Shown here: positions 28,391-37,591 of the stretch, piece after piece
Numbering within the stretch: position 1 is the first letter of the stretch
Layout: each line of letters starts with the position of its first letter
Assembly: GCA_031285625.1 (NCBI GenBank)
Contig: JAITVV010000050.1
Span: 1-45,304, forward strand
Source of the DNA: Prevotella sp.
GTDB lineage: Bacteria > Bacteroidota > Bacteroidia > Bacteroidales > Dysgonomonadaceae
Reading direction: 5' to 3'
Length of the DNA: 45,304 bases
Position numbers and translations under genes: made by a program
Notes under the pieces: model-generated
What the model was told of the DNA's origin: nothing
Databases searched by the model: none
What the model saw: the letters and a program-made list of their open reading frames with translations, nothing else

Positions 28391-28505
28391 GTGATGAGAG
28401 TCTTTTGTTGTCTAATAGTTTTGTCTTCATTTTCATAATTTATCCACTGCTTGTGAAGGTAGTGAATAAACATTTTTGAAGCATTAATTTTTCATATTAT
28501 ACGCA
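28389..28505. repeat. Dispersed direct repeat A, copy 1
   Basis: Core TGCTTGTGAAGGTAGTGAATAAACATTTTTGAAGC matches the copy starting near 29040. Confidence 0.85.
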
Positions 28506-28637
28506 ACCTGAACAATCCACAGTCAATGGTAGCAACAGCATCATATATTAGCGAGCCTATCAAGTCAAAAGACCTAAGTTACATACCGTCAGACAAAATA
28601 GTACCATTTACCCGTTTCATTAAAGGCATAAAGTGAG

Positions 28638-28810
28638 AATTTAGCCGGATATTACGAATAAATGTACGATTATTCTTAATTAATATTTATTGCACATCCT
28701 ATTATTTTGTAGTTGTATAAACAACTCTTTATAGTGAAGATCATAATGGACAAAACTTTTAAACCAAACAGGCAATATCAAGCTACAACTATCTTCCTGA
28801 AAATCTGGAA
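28638..28810. repeat. Dispersed repeat B, copy 1
   Basis: CGAATAAATGTACGATTATTCTTA...ATATTTAT.GCACATCCT shared with 33541-33723. Confidence 0.85.
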
Positions 28811-28989
28811 GAAAAAAACGATAATCCAAATCATGTCCCGGTTTCATGGGCCTGGTCCGGCTTATCCTATAAGCCCCTGTCTATGCGATGGAGTATGTAC
28901 ATGTTCAGTAAGGATACCAAGTATAAAGAAACAAAAAACTGAAATAAAAATTCAATACCTTCAAAAGCGATGTAAGTCTCATGCTTAAT

Positions 28990-29098
28990 TAGCGAGAAGT
29001 TTATGTCTTCGAATTGCTTGTCTTTATCCTTTATTCTATTGCTTGTGAAAGTAGTGAATAGACATTTTTGAAGCGTTGAATTTTTTTATATTACACAC
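28990..29098. repeat. Dispersed direct repeat A, copy 2
   Basis: TGCTTGTGAAAGTAGTGAATAGACATTTTTGAAGC. Confidence 0.85.
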
Positions 29099-29379
29099 AG
29101 ATTCATAAAAAAGAAAGAAATAATTCAAACTGAAAATTTGATAAAATAGCTTTTATGAAAATTCATTCTTCATAATATTATATTGAATTATAATAACATA
29201 TAAGCTAATAAACAATACTAAAACATGAGTTGTTTAACTGATTATTTACTATAAGAAATTTATAACTAATATGTTTCTATAATTTAGCCTGTGCAAAGAT
29301 GCTGCAGATACCCGATAAATATGGGTGAGAACCGACATTATAAAGAGAGATGGGAAAATAAGGAATTAGATAAACTGAA

Positions 29380-32049
29380 ATGAAAACGGACAATAGTTAT
29401 CCCAATCCCGATAAGCTTCCAAACACAATAACTCAGGAAGAGCAAACCAATAAGAGGGGAAAACTGAAGATATTCTTCGGTATGTCCCCTGGTGTAGGCA
29501 AGACTTATACGATGCTGCAAACAGCACATCAGGATTTGTCTAAAGGAGTAGACGTGGTCATAGGTTATGTGGAATCCCATAACCATTCTGAGACCAATGC
29601 GTTAGTGGAGGGACTGGAGATTGTCTCACGTAAAAGGTTAGACTATAAAGGTGCAGTCCTCGAAGAGATGGATTTGGATGCCATCATTATGAGACATCCT
29701 TATCTTGTTTTGGTAGACGAACTTGCACATACCAATATAAATGGAAGCCGCCACGCTAGACGGTATCAGGATGTACAGGAATTACTTGATAACGGCATAA
29801 ATGTATATACTACCGTCAATATCCAGCATCTGGAGAGTAGGAATGATACTGTTGCCCGAATAATAGGAGTTACTGTAAAGGAAACTATCCCTGATGAAAT
29901 ATTTGAAATGGCGGACGATGTGGAATTGATAGATGTTACACCAGATGTTCTTCTCGACCGTTTCGCAGAAGGTAAGGTGCATGTACCGTTTGAATTAAAA
30001 GAAGCCGTTCAAAAATTCTTCAGGAAAGGAAATATTACAGCACTGCGAGAGATGGCACTGCGCCTTGTTGCCGATCGGGTAGATAAGCAACTGAAATTCT
30101 ACATGCAGCAAAAGCAGATAGAAGGCCTGTGGAAATCGGGGTTACACTTACTTGTCCTCGTGGGGCCAAGTAAATCCTCCGCCAAACTGATACGCTGGGC
30201 AAAGAACCTTTCATATGCAATGGGAGCCGACCTTGTTGCCTTACATGTAGAAAATACGCAGGTATTAAACGAAGCTCAACAGGAACAGCTCTCAAAAAAT
30301 ATAGATCTGGCCCGCCAGTTTGGTGCAGAGGTAATAATAACATCCGGTAGCGACCTCATATCCACAACGCTGGATATTGCCCGTAAAGAAAATATTAGTC
30401 ATATCATTATTGGAAAGTCCGGAAAACAGAGCTTCTTTTCCTCAATGTTTTCAAAAGACAATTTTGTAGCCCGTTTATTGAAAGAAAGTGGCGAAATAGA
30501 TATTTATGTTATAGAACCGGGATTTGAAACTAAGCAGTATAAAAAGAAACTAAGTGCATCGCTGGATTTTTCTTCATCATTCAAGAGCTACTTTTTATCA
30601 ATATTAGCCGTATTTGTTGCCGTTATACTATGTCTGCCTATTTCGTACGAGACCGGTTATCAGCCCATTTCTTTTATATTACTTTTTGTGGTGCTGCTAT
30701 TATCAATGTTTTTAAGGCTTGGACCTGTTATGTTAGCTTCGGTAATCAGTGCTATGGTATGGGATTTTTTCTTTATACCACCACGATATATATTGAAAAT
30801 AACAGAGTTGGAAGACCTGCTTGCCCTATGTACTTTCTTTGTAGTAGCTTTGGTAACAGGAACCCTGACATCGAAAGTTCGCAAGCAGGAGCGACTGACC
30901 CGGAGAAGGGAAGAGAAAACAAATGCCTTGTTCCATTTGACTAACCAGCTTGCAAGCGCAAAGAATACAAAAAGAATAATAGAGGTAGCCAAAGAAGATA
31001 TAAACAAATATTTCAATGTCGACGCTTATTTTCTGCTTCAAGACGGAGATGGTAAATTAAATAAAAAACAATACAATAGTATGCCTGGCGAATTTACCGA
31101 GTCGGAGTACAAGATTGCCCAATGGGTACTTAAGTATTCGAAGAAGACCGGAAAACATACAGATACATTTTCTTTAAACGAATACACATTCTATCCGCTA
31201 AAAGGAATAAAAACAAAGCCCGGTATAGTTGTAATAAAACTCAATAAGAAGTTTAACGGGGAAACCGAGCTATTCTGGGATACATTCTTGACACAGATAT
31301 CGAATACATTAGAACATCATTATTTTGCCCAACAGGTAAAGAAAGCGGATCTACTGGACGAATCGGATAAGTTATATAAAACACTATTCAATTCCATTTC
31401 ACACGAGTTAAGAATACCCATTGCTACTATTATGGGTGCCTCAGATATGCTTATAACCGGAATGTATCCGGAAACAGCCAGAAACGAACTATATACTGAA
31501 ATATTAAAAGCATCAACGAGGCTGAACCGTCTGGTAGAAAATTTGTTGAATATATCCCGGCTCGAAACGGGAAAAATAGCACCTCATATTGACTGGTGTG
31601 ATATAAATGATTTATTCAATAAAGTGGCCGATAACTTAAAGGAAGATTTAAAACTGTATCATTTAGAAATTGCTATTCCCTCATCCATGCCATTAGTGAA
31701 ACTCGATTTTGGGCTGATGGAACAAGCGCTGCATAATCTGATCTATAATTCCTGTAAATATTCCGAACCCAATACGACAATCCACCTGAAATCCTTTTAT
31801 GATAACGGATATCTGATTATTCAGGAAATGGATCGGGGGAGAGGATTTCCGGCAGATACACTACCTCTTGTATTAAATAGGTTTTACAGGGTAGGAAACC
31901 AATCTACTGGCGGTCTGGGACTGGGACTTTCTATTACTAAAGGTTTTGTAGAAGCACACAAAGGAACAATAAGTGTAGAAAACAGGCAAAACGGAGGTGC
32001 ACGCTTTACTATAAAAATACCGACAGAAGTATCTTATTTAAATACATAA
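29380..32049 (+). CDS. kdpD: Sensor histidine kinase KdpD (full length)
   Basis: KdpD domain (GMSPGVGKTYTML, VDELAHTN, NIQHLES, ALREMAL), USP domain, 4 TM, GAF-like region, H-box SHELRIP, G boxes. Confidence 0.93.
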   Translation: MKTDNSYPNPDKLPNTITQEEQTNKRGKLKIFFGMSPGVGKTYTMLQTAHQDLSKGVDVVIGYVESHNHSETNALVEGLEIVSRKRLDYKGAVLEEMDLDAIIMRHPYLVLVDELAHTNINGSRHARRYQDVQELLDNGINVYTTVNIQHLESRNDTVARIIGVTVKETIPDEIFEMADDVELIDVTPDVLLDRFAEGKVHVPFELKEAVQKFFRKGNITALREMALRLVADRVDKQLKFYMQQKQIEGLWKSGLHLLVLVGPSKSSAKLIRWAKNLSYAMGADLVALHVENTQVLNEAQQEQLSKNIDLARQFGAEVIITSGSDLISTTLDIARKENISHIIIGKSGKQSFFSSMFSKDNFVARLLKESGEIDIYVIEPGFETKQYKKKLSASLDFSSSFKSYFLSILAVFVAVILCLPISYETGYQPISFILLFVVLLLSMFLRLGPVMLASVISAMVWDFFFIPPRYILKITELEDLLALCTFFVVALVTGTLTSKVRKQERLTRRREEKTNALFHLTNQLASAKNTKRIIEVAKEDINKYFNVDAYFLLQDGDGKLNKKQYNSMPGEFTESEYKIAQWVLKYSKKTGKHTDTFSLNEYTFYPLKGIKTKPGIVVIKLNKKFNGETELFWDTFLTQISNTLEHHYFAQQVKKADLLDESDKLYKTLFNSISHELRIPIATIMGASDMLITGMYPETARNELYTEILKASTRLNRLVENLLNISRLETGKIAPHIDWCDINDLFNKVADNLKEDLKLYHLEIAIPSSMPLVKLDFGLMEQALHNLIYNSCKYSEPNTTIHLKSFYDNGYLIIQEMDRGRGFPADTLPLVLNRFYRVGNQSTGGLGLGLSITKGFVEAHKGTISVENRQNGGARFTIKIPTEVSYLNT

Positions 32050-32053
32050 CAAA

Positions 32054-32734
32054 ATGAAGGCCGATACAATTCTTATTATAGACGACGAAATTCAAATCCG
32101 GCGGTTACTTGAAATAACACTTTCTGCAAATGGCTATAAAATTGTGGAAGCTTCTACCGGAAAAGAAGGGCTGATTATGGCTGCTTCTCACCAACCCTCA
32201 CTTATTACCCTCGATTTGGATTTACCTGATATGGATGGAATGGTTGTGTTAAAAAGCCTGCGAGAATGGTTCCACAAACCTATAATCATCTTATCTGTCC
32301 GCTCTTTGGAAGAAGATATTGTTAACGGACTGGACAAAGGAGCGAATGACTATCTTATCAAGCCTTTCCATACAGGGGAACTACTTGCCCGTATAAGGGC
32401 ATCACTAAGACTCGGACAAACAGCTAATGATAATCCGGTATTTCAGATTAATGATCTGTCAGTCGATACGATAAACCACATTGCAAAAAAGAAGGATAAG
32501 TTACTGGATCTGACACCAAAGGAATTTTCATTACTAAGCTTATTCTTCAAAAATCGAGGATGTGTATTAACACATCAATATATACTTAAAGAGGTCTGGG
32601 GATATAATTATGCAGGCCAAACTCAATCATTACGCGTCTTCATAGCCCAATTAAGAAAAAAGATTGAGGATAATCCGGCTAAACCTGTTTTACTAATTAC
32701 AGAATCCGGTATTGGGTATCGTTTCGGAATATAA
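32054..32734 (+). CDS. kdpE: OmpR-family response regulator KdpE
   Basis: IDDE, LDLDLPD, GANDYLIKPF, wHTH 'LRVFIAQLRKKIE...TESGIGYRF'; 4 bp after kdpD. Confidence 0.9.
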   Translation: MKADTILIIDDEIQIRRLLEITLSANGYKIVEASTGKEGLIMAASHQPSLITLDLDLPDMDGMVVLKSLREWFHKPIIILSVRSLEEDIVNGLDKGANDYLIKPFHTGELLARIRASLRLGQTANDNPVFQINDLSVDTINHIAKKKDKLLDLTPKEFSLLSLFFKNRGCVLTHQYILKEVWGYNYAGQTQSLRVFIAQLRKKIEDNPAKPVLLITESGIGYRFGI

Positions 32735-32876
32735 TAAGCTTATCCCAAACAGTAGGCTTGCTTCATAAAGTAAACACGTAAATTTAAACAGATAAGAAGT
32801 AAAGATTGCACATCCCAAGAAAGAAGTACAACCTAAAGGCGGCATTAAATGTTCAACTAGGCAAATTAAGGTATAA

Positions 32877-33460
32877 TTACTCGTTTTTTATACCTTTTCT
32901 AATCTGTCCAGGCGTCATATCAAACATCTGTTTCACAAAATCGTTCATAACTGAAGGTGAACTGAATCCATATTTATCACTTATCTACTTGAAATTCAGC
33001 TCTCCTGTGACAATGTCTGCATGTATATCATATGCCTTTTGAGACATCATCCAATGATAAGGAGTATCATTAAATACTTTTTTAAATAGTCTCTCAAAAC
33101 CGATACACTGTAATTCAATAATTTTGCCAGCTCTGTTGCATTATGACATTTCGAATAGTGCTCCATTACCTGCTGAGAAAACAGCATGTCACTACTTAAC
33201 AACGAGCGGAAAAAACGGAATAAACGGAATAAATCTTCTTTAAAAATAACGAAGAATGTAGAAAAACTCCGTTATTTTAATAGACAAATAGTTCTGACAA
33301 TGTAATCCGGAGCGAAGTGCTCCTATTAATGAAAGCAGGTAGTTTTTCATTTCAACATTTACCTCTAGTAACCGGGAACTGTCTTCGTTTACATTTTCTA
33401 TTTGTGATCCCTGTTGATTGATTTGTGGAGATTTTATAAAGTATTGATATATCCATTGAT
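32877..33460 (-). pseudogene. AraC-family regulator pseudogene
   Basis: Minus strand reads GFERLFKKVFNDTPYHWM...NFK*ISDKYGFSSPSVMNDFVKQMFDMTPGQIRK, with in-frame TAG at 32985-32987 and frameshifts upstream; 5' boundary uncertain. Confidence 0.8.
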
Positions 33461-33540
33461 AATTAATAATATATATTCTTTATTTAGTAAGCATACAGAC
33501 CAAAAGCATGACTGTCAATAAAGATGTCGTCTTCATAGTA

Positions 33541-33723
33541 TAATTTAGCTGAATATACCGAATAAATGTACGATTATTCTTAGTTGATATTTATGGCACA
33601 TCCTGTTACTTTACATTGACAAAAGAATTGCTTTGCGGTAATAAGAATAGTAATAAGAATAATGAGCAAAACCTCAAAACAAAACGCAACAAAATACTTC
33701 ATGCTCTCACCTGAGAATTTGGA
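33541..33723. repeat. Dispersed repeat B, copy 2 (between the AraC pseudogene and the surface-protein gene)
   Basis: Matches 28638-28810, including a short ORF start (MSKTSKQN vs MDKTFKPN). Confidence 0.8.
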
Positions 33724-33954
33724 GTTTCGCTATGCTTTATGGAGAGATACTTGATTTCAGAAAACTTTACCATAATCAATTAAGTTCTGTTCATGCTGTT
33801 TCTTCACACAATGAACAAAAATGAACTGTTCATAATCAATAATTCTGCTATTCTTTTTACACAAGATATTGGAGAAAAATCTTATTCGCTTCTGCAGGGT
33901 GCAAGGGGTGCATGAGCGGTGCACAATATTTTATCAACATAAAAATAGAATTAT

Positions 33955-36186
33955 ATGAGACTAAAAGCAAACAAAACAAAATTATTACCGGCATTGATAC
34001 TGCTTGTAGTATCAATATTTGCCTTACCCGTACAGGCGCAAGTAACCATTGGAGATGGAGAAACCCCTGTTTCAGGAGCATTGCTTCAGCTCAAAGACAA
34101 AACGGGCATAAATGATGATGGTGCAAATGCTACCAAAGGATTATCATTTCCGCGTGTCAACCTTTCTCAAAAAAACAAGCTGTACCCGATGTTCGAAGAT
34201 ACAAATACCCCCCAGACATCAAATGCAGAATATTTGGCTGATACAGATGGAATAAACAAGAAACATACCGGGCTAATGGTCTACAACATGTATACATCGG
34301 CTGAAGCCGTTACCGACGAGAATCTGGTGTTTCACGAAGGATTTTATTACTGGGATGGAGAAAAGTGGAAAGATATGGGAGCAGGAGGAACCGGTGAATG
34401 TATCGAGGCCAATGTTCCCTTTACTGGAGGCCTAACGTCTCCAATTGTGGCTGTGCTTGGAACATCCACCGGTGTTACCACGATGGCAATAGCAGGAAAC
34501 GGAACTGTAGCAAACCTTGGTATAGATGTAAACCTTGTAGGAATAGACCTGCTAAATTTAGACTTAGAAGACTTGGGTCTCAGTTCTCCCATCATTGCCG
34601 CTTCAGACGGTTGGTTGAGTGAAATCAGCATTGATATGGCTGTGACGGCATCTGTTGCCTTGACCGGAAGGTACGATTTTAATGCTACCCTCTACGAAGC
34701 TCAGGCTGGCAGCGGTACCTATAAAAAGGTAAGCGAAGCTGTGGTAAAAATATTTGAAAATGAAGGGGGCGGTATAGCAATAGTCCCAACCGGCTCCTTG
34801 TCCAAAACACAATCCTTTGTAGGTAGCAATATACCGATAACGAAGGGTAACAAGTATGCCATTCTTTTTACATTGAAGCCATCCGGTGGTTTAAATCTTC
34901 TTGGAACCATCGATGGTACTATTTCCGGCAATATGTCCATAGGATGTAACAACGGCAGTACAAGCAGCGCTATCGAACCTTGGCTTGTTTCAGGAACTAC
35001 AGATCAAGCCACAGTTAATACGGATAATATCTACCAGATGGGGCAAGTAACAATAGGAAATACCGCTACCGCTGAACCTTCGGCAGCATTGAATGTGGAT
35101 GCAGGGAACAAAGGTGTATTATTTCCGAAGGTAGCACTGACCGGTACTACGGACAAATTAACCATTCCCAACCCCGCCACAGGTTTGTTCGTGTACAATA
35201 CCGGTGCTAATACAAATTTCCGCACTGTAGGTTATATGTTTTGGGACGGTGAAAAATGGAAACTGTTTACCAATGCTACGGCAGACGAAGCACGAGCAGA
35301 ACTGCATTGCGAAGGTGTGGCGATGAGTCCCGGCCAGCAGGTACGCGGAGGCGTGGCACTCCTCTCCGGCTCTGTGTTGCAGATACCTTATTCGGGTAGT
35401 AATGGCGGTAGTTTCAACGGTGTGGTACTGCGCTCCGAAGGCAATAATAATGTAACCGCTTCTATTGACAACGGGATGCTGGCAGTAGGCAACGGCGTGC
35501 TCAACTTTTCACTGGCGGGGGTACCTATTTCCGGTCAGGAAGCCCCCAATGGTATCAGGTTTGACCTGACTCCTTTCTTTGACGCTAACCCTAATATGCT
35601 TGGATGCGAAGAAGTAATAGTAGGACATATCATGACTGCCGATATTTCTGAAGCTGCTGTAATGGGTTATATGCAGAAAGCAAGTGATGAAGACGGTAAT
35701 ACTGTCTGGGCAGTAACTGCCCAGACTCCGGACGGCAAATATTCAGTTCGGGTACGCCTTAATGGAAGTGCTACCTCGGTAGCATTTAGTAACCAGCAAT
35801 TAAATGTTCAGGTAAGAAATAACACTTCCAATGATGCTATTGTTATCTGGAACTACGATACTCAGTATAGTGGCGACATCAACACCAATGGGGTATTTAC
35901 AATGCCTGCTCAGGAATGGGGCGGCGTACACAGTGGTGGTGCTGATGCTAACTGGTATAATGAAACAGAAGACGATAATGCGGCTTACTGGGGTAATATA
36001 GGTATTTATGATGGAGTCAGCGGACCTGAATACAGACGTTACACATGGATACCGGGAGGAGGAAACAACGTTGCCTACGAAGCAAAGATAATGGCTGCTA
36101 TTGATAATCTCAATCCGACAACAGCAGTTTCACCCTCCAGGTTAAAGGTTTACATTAAGATAGAACAGGTAACAGCGGTGCAGTAA
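33955..36186 (+). CDS. Secreted/surface protein with two QVTIG...WDGEKWK modules and a BclB C-terminal-like domain
   Basis: Signal peptide ending VQA|Q; internal repeat (KGL.FP.V.L...GL.VYN...G...WDGEKWK twice); hydrophobic beta-rich insert at 34411-34944. Confidence 0.8.
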   Translation: MRLKANKTKLLPALILLVVSIFALPVQAQVTIGDGETPVSGALLQLKDKTGINDDGANATKGLSFPRVNLSQKNKLYPMFEDTNTPQTSNAEYLADTDGINKKHTGLMVYNMYTSAEAVTDENLVFHEGFYYWDGEKWKDMGAGGTGECIEANVPFTGGLTSPIVAVLGTSTGVTTMAIAGNGTVANLGIDVNLVGIDLLNLDLEDLGLSSPIIAASDGWLSEISIDMAVTASVALTGRYDFNATLYEAQAGSGTYKKVSEAVVKIFENEGGGIAIVPTGSLSKTQSFVGSNIPITKGNKYAILFTLKPSGGLNLLGTIDGTISGNMSIGCNNGSTSSAIEPWLVSGTTDQATVNTDNIYQMGQVTIGNTATAEPSAALNVDAGNKGVLFPKVALTGTTDKLTIPNPATGLFVYNTGANTNFRTVGYMFWDGEKWKLFTNATADEARAELHCEGVAMSPGQQVRGGVALLSGSVLQIPYSGSNGGSFNGVVLRSEGNNNVTASIDNGMLAVGNGVLNFSLAGVPISGQEAPNGIRFDLTPFFDANPNMLGCEEVIVGHIMTADISEAAVMGYMQKASDEDGNTVWAVTAQTPDGKYSVRVRLNGSATSVAFSNQQLNVQVRNNTSNDAIVIWNYDTQYSGDINTNGVFTMPAQEWGGVHSGGADANWYNETEDDNAAYWGNIGIYDGVSGPEYRRYTWIPGGGNNVAYEAKIMAAIDNLNPTTAVSPSRLKVYIKIEQVTAVQ

Positions 36187-36206
36187 ACATATAACGACAA
36201 TACAAT

Positions 36207-36244
36207 ATACTTCCTGCATAGTGAATAAGTCCTGCAGGAAGTAT
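36207..36244 (+). terminator. Stem-loop after the surface-protein gene
   Basis: ATACTTCCTGCA / TGCAGGAAGTAT 12-bp inverted repeat; weak U-tract. Confidence 0.55.
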
Positions 36245-36305
36245 TCATGTTTTCTAAATCAATGAGAATGAAATTCCGCTATTCTCAATTGTATTATTGC
36301 CGTTT

Positions 36306-36389
36306 AAAAGCAGTTGTTTGTAAGTCGTTAGTTGTCTTATAGTTAAAGTTCGAAAGGGGTTAGCCGTGAGGTTCACCCCTTTTCTTTTT
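36306..36389 (+). ncRNA. Candidate small RNA
   Basis: Promoter-like TATTATTG at 36292-36299, U-rich body, then hairpin GAAAGGGGTTAGCC-GTGA-GGTTCACCCCTTTT and a U-tract; no ORF. Confidence 0.45.
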
Positions 36390-36763
36390 GTTTTGTCATT
36401 TGCTACACATTCATAGAATTGAGCTTACAGCCACGGCACATTCTTCCAAAAACAGGCTAACACAATTCAAGGCTGTGGATTTAAGAAACGGTGAACAGAT
36501 TTTTATAAGGGATTTAGGTTGTCAGACTGTTAATATTGGAGAATTTTTGGGAATAATAGAAACCGGATATGAGCCCAAAATCATCTATAGCGACAGTCTT
36601 ACGGCTACTATCTGGATTAACAATAAAAAGATCGCCTCAAAAAAAATACTTCTCGGAATTATTGAAAGCAGAAGTATACCTTAGAATATTTGATACCCAA
36701 ATAAAACAAATTGAAATAATTAATTGGGAGGAGTATGCTGCCGACTTCGGTAATAAGAAATAG
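36388..36763 (+). pseudogene. Possible degraded IS4-family transposase fragment
   Basis: Two overlapping short ORFs; 'IFIRDLG' resembles the IS4 DDE motif (IRDLGY). Weak. Confidence 0.25.
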
Positions 36764-37110
36764 TATTATGTATAATGAGTGCTTCAGATTATTGCAGATA
36801 TTTGAGCACATTTCCTGAACAAAATTGCAATACTAAAGAAAGATAAGAATAAATATATCACTATATCTGAACTAGATTATTTGGAGTTGATTTGAGACCA
36901 CATAATGCTTAAAACGTTAAAAATTGCAGGTGTAGAAAGCCTGCCGCTATTTAAATGTGTACAAAGCATTATGAAAGATGACAGGATAGAAGTTTATATC
37001 AAACCTGTACAAAAAAGATACAAATAAGAAGGGATATATTATTTTTCGCATAATCAACCATCTATCGTTTTTCATTAAACTAAGTCTTAAAAAATTTAAA
37101 ATAATATTGA

Positions 37111-37265
37111 AAGAAGGTGAGTCAAAAGTATTTTTCGCTATCTTTTTGTCATGTTGAACGGAGTGAAACATCCCATGTCCGGAGGGTCGAGATCCTTCAT
37201 TGCACTCAGGATGACAAAGAGGGTCGCACTTTGATAGTGCAGTTTTACTTTTGACACATCCTTTT
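37111..37265. mobile_element. MITE-like element containing an inverted REP-like doublet
   Basis: Terminal inverted repeats GGTGAGTCAAAAGTA / TACTTTTGACACATCC; inner inverted pair TGTCATGTTGAACGGAGTGAAACATC / GATCCTTCATTGCACTCAGGATGACA; locally GC-richer. Confidence 0.65.
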
Positions 37266-37316
37266 TATATTTACTAATTCAAAACGTATAACAGGCACTA
37301 TAATAGCGTATCATCA

Positions 37317-37591
37317 ATGAATAAAAGAGAATTAGTAAATATAGCAGCAGACAAGAGTGGAATACCAAAACAGACATTACATATGTATTTGGATTTGTTT
37401 ATTGAAAGTATGGCCCAGACCATCAATGATGGCAACTCAATCACTTTTTCAAATTTCGGGACATTCAGGGTTACAGATGCAAAAGAACGCAATGGTTGGG
37501 ACCCTATAAAAAGAAAAACGATTCTTGTTCCTGCTAGAAAAAGGTAACCTTTAAGTCGTCCCCTCAATTACTCAAAAAACAAACGAAATGA
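37317..37591 (+). pseudogene. HU/IHF family DNA-binding protein, frameshifted near the C-terminus
   Basis: MNKRELV...FGTF...R.GWDP...VPARK; the missing tail KVTFKSSPQLLKK lies in the -1 frame after the A5 run at 37538-37542. Confidence 0.8.

Noticed and set aside
28713-28988. 91-aa ORF as a real Cys-rich peptide gene
   Set aside because: Only its start resembles the short ORF in repeat B copy 2, which diverges in frame and length; no family motif.
36947-37171. 74-aa minus-strand ORF
   Set aside because: Starts inside the MITE/REP element and runs through low-complexity AT-rich DNA.
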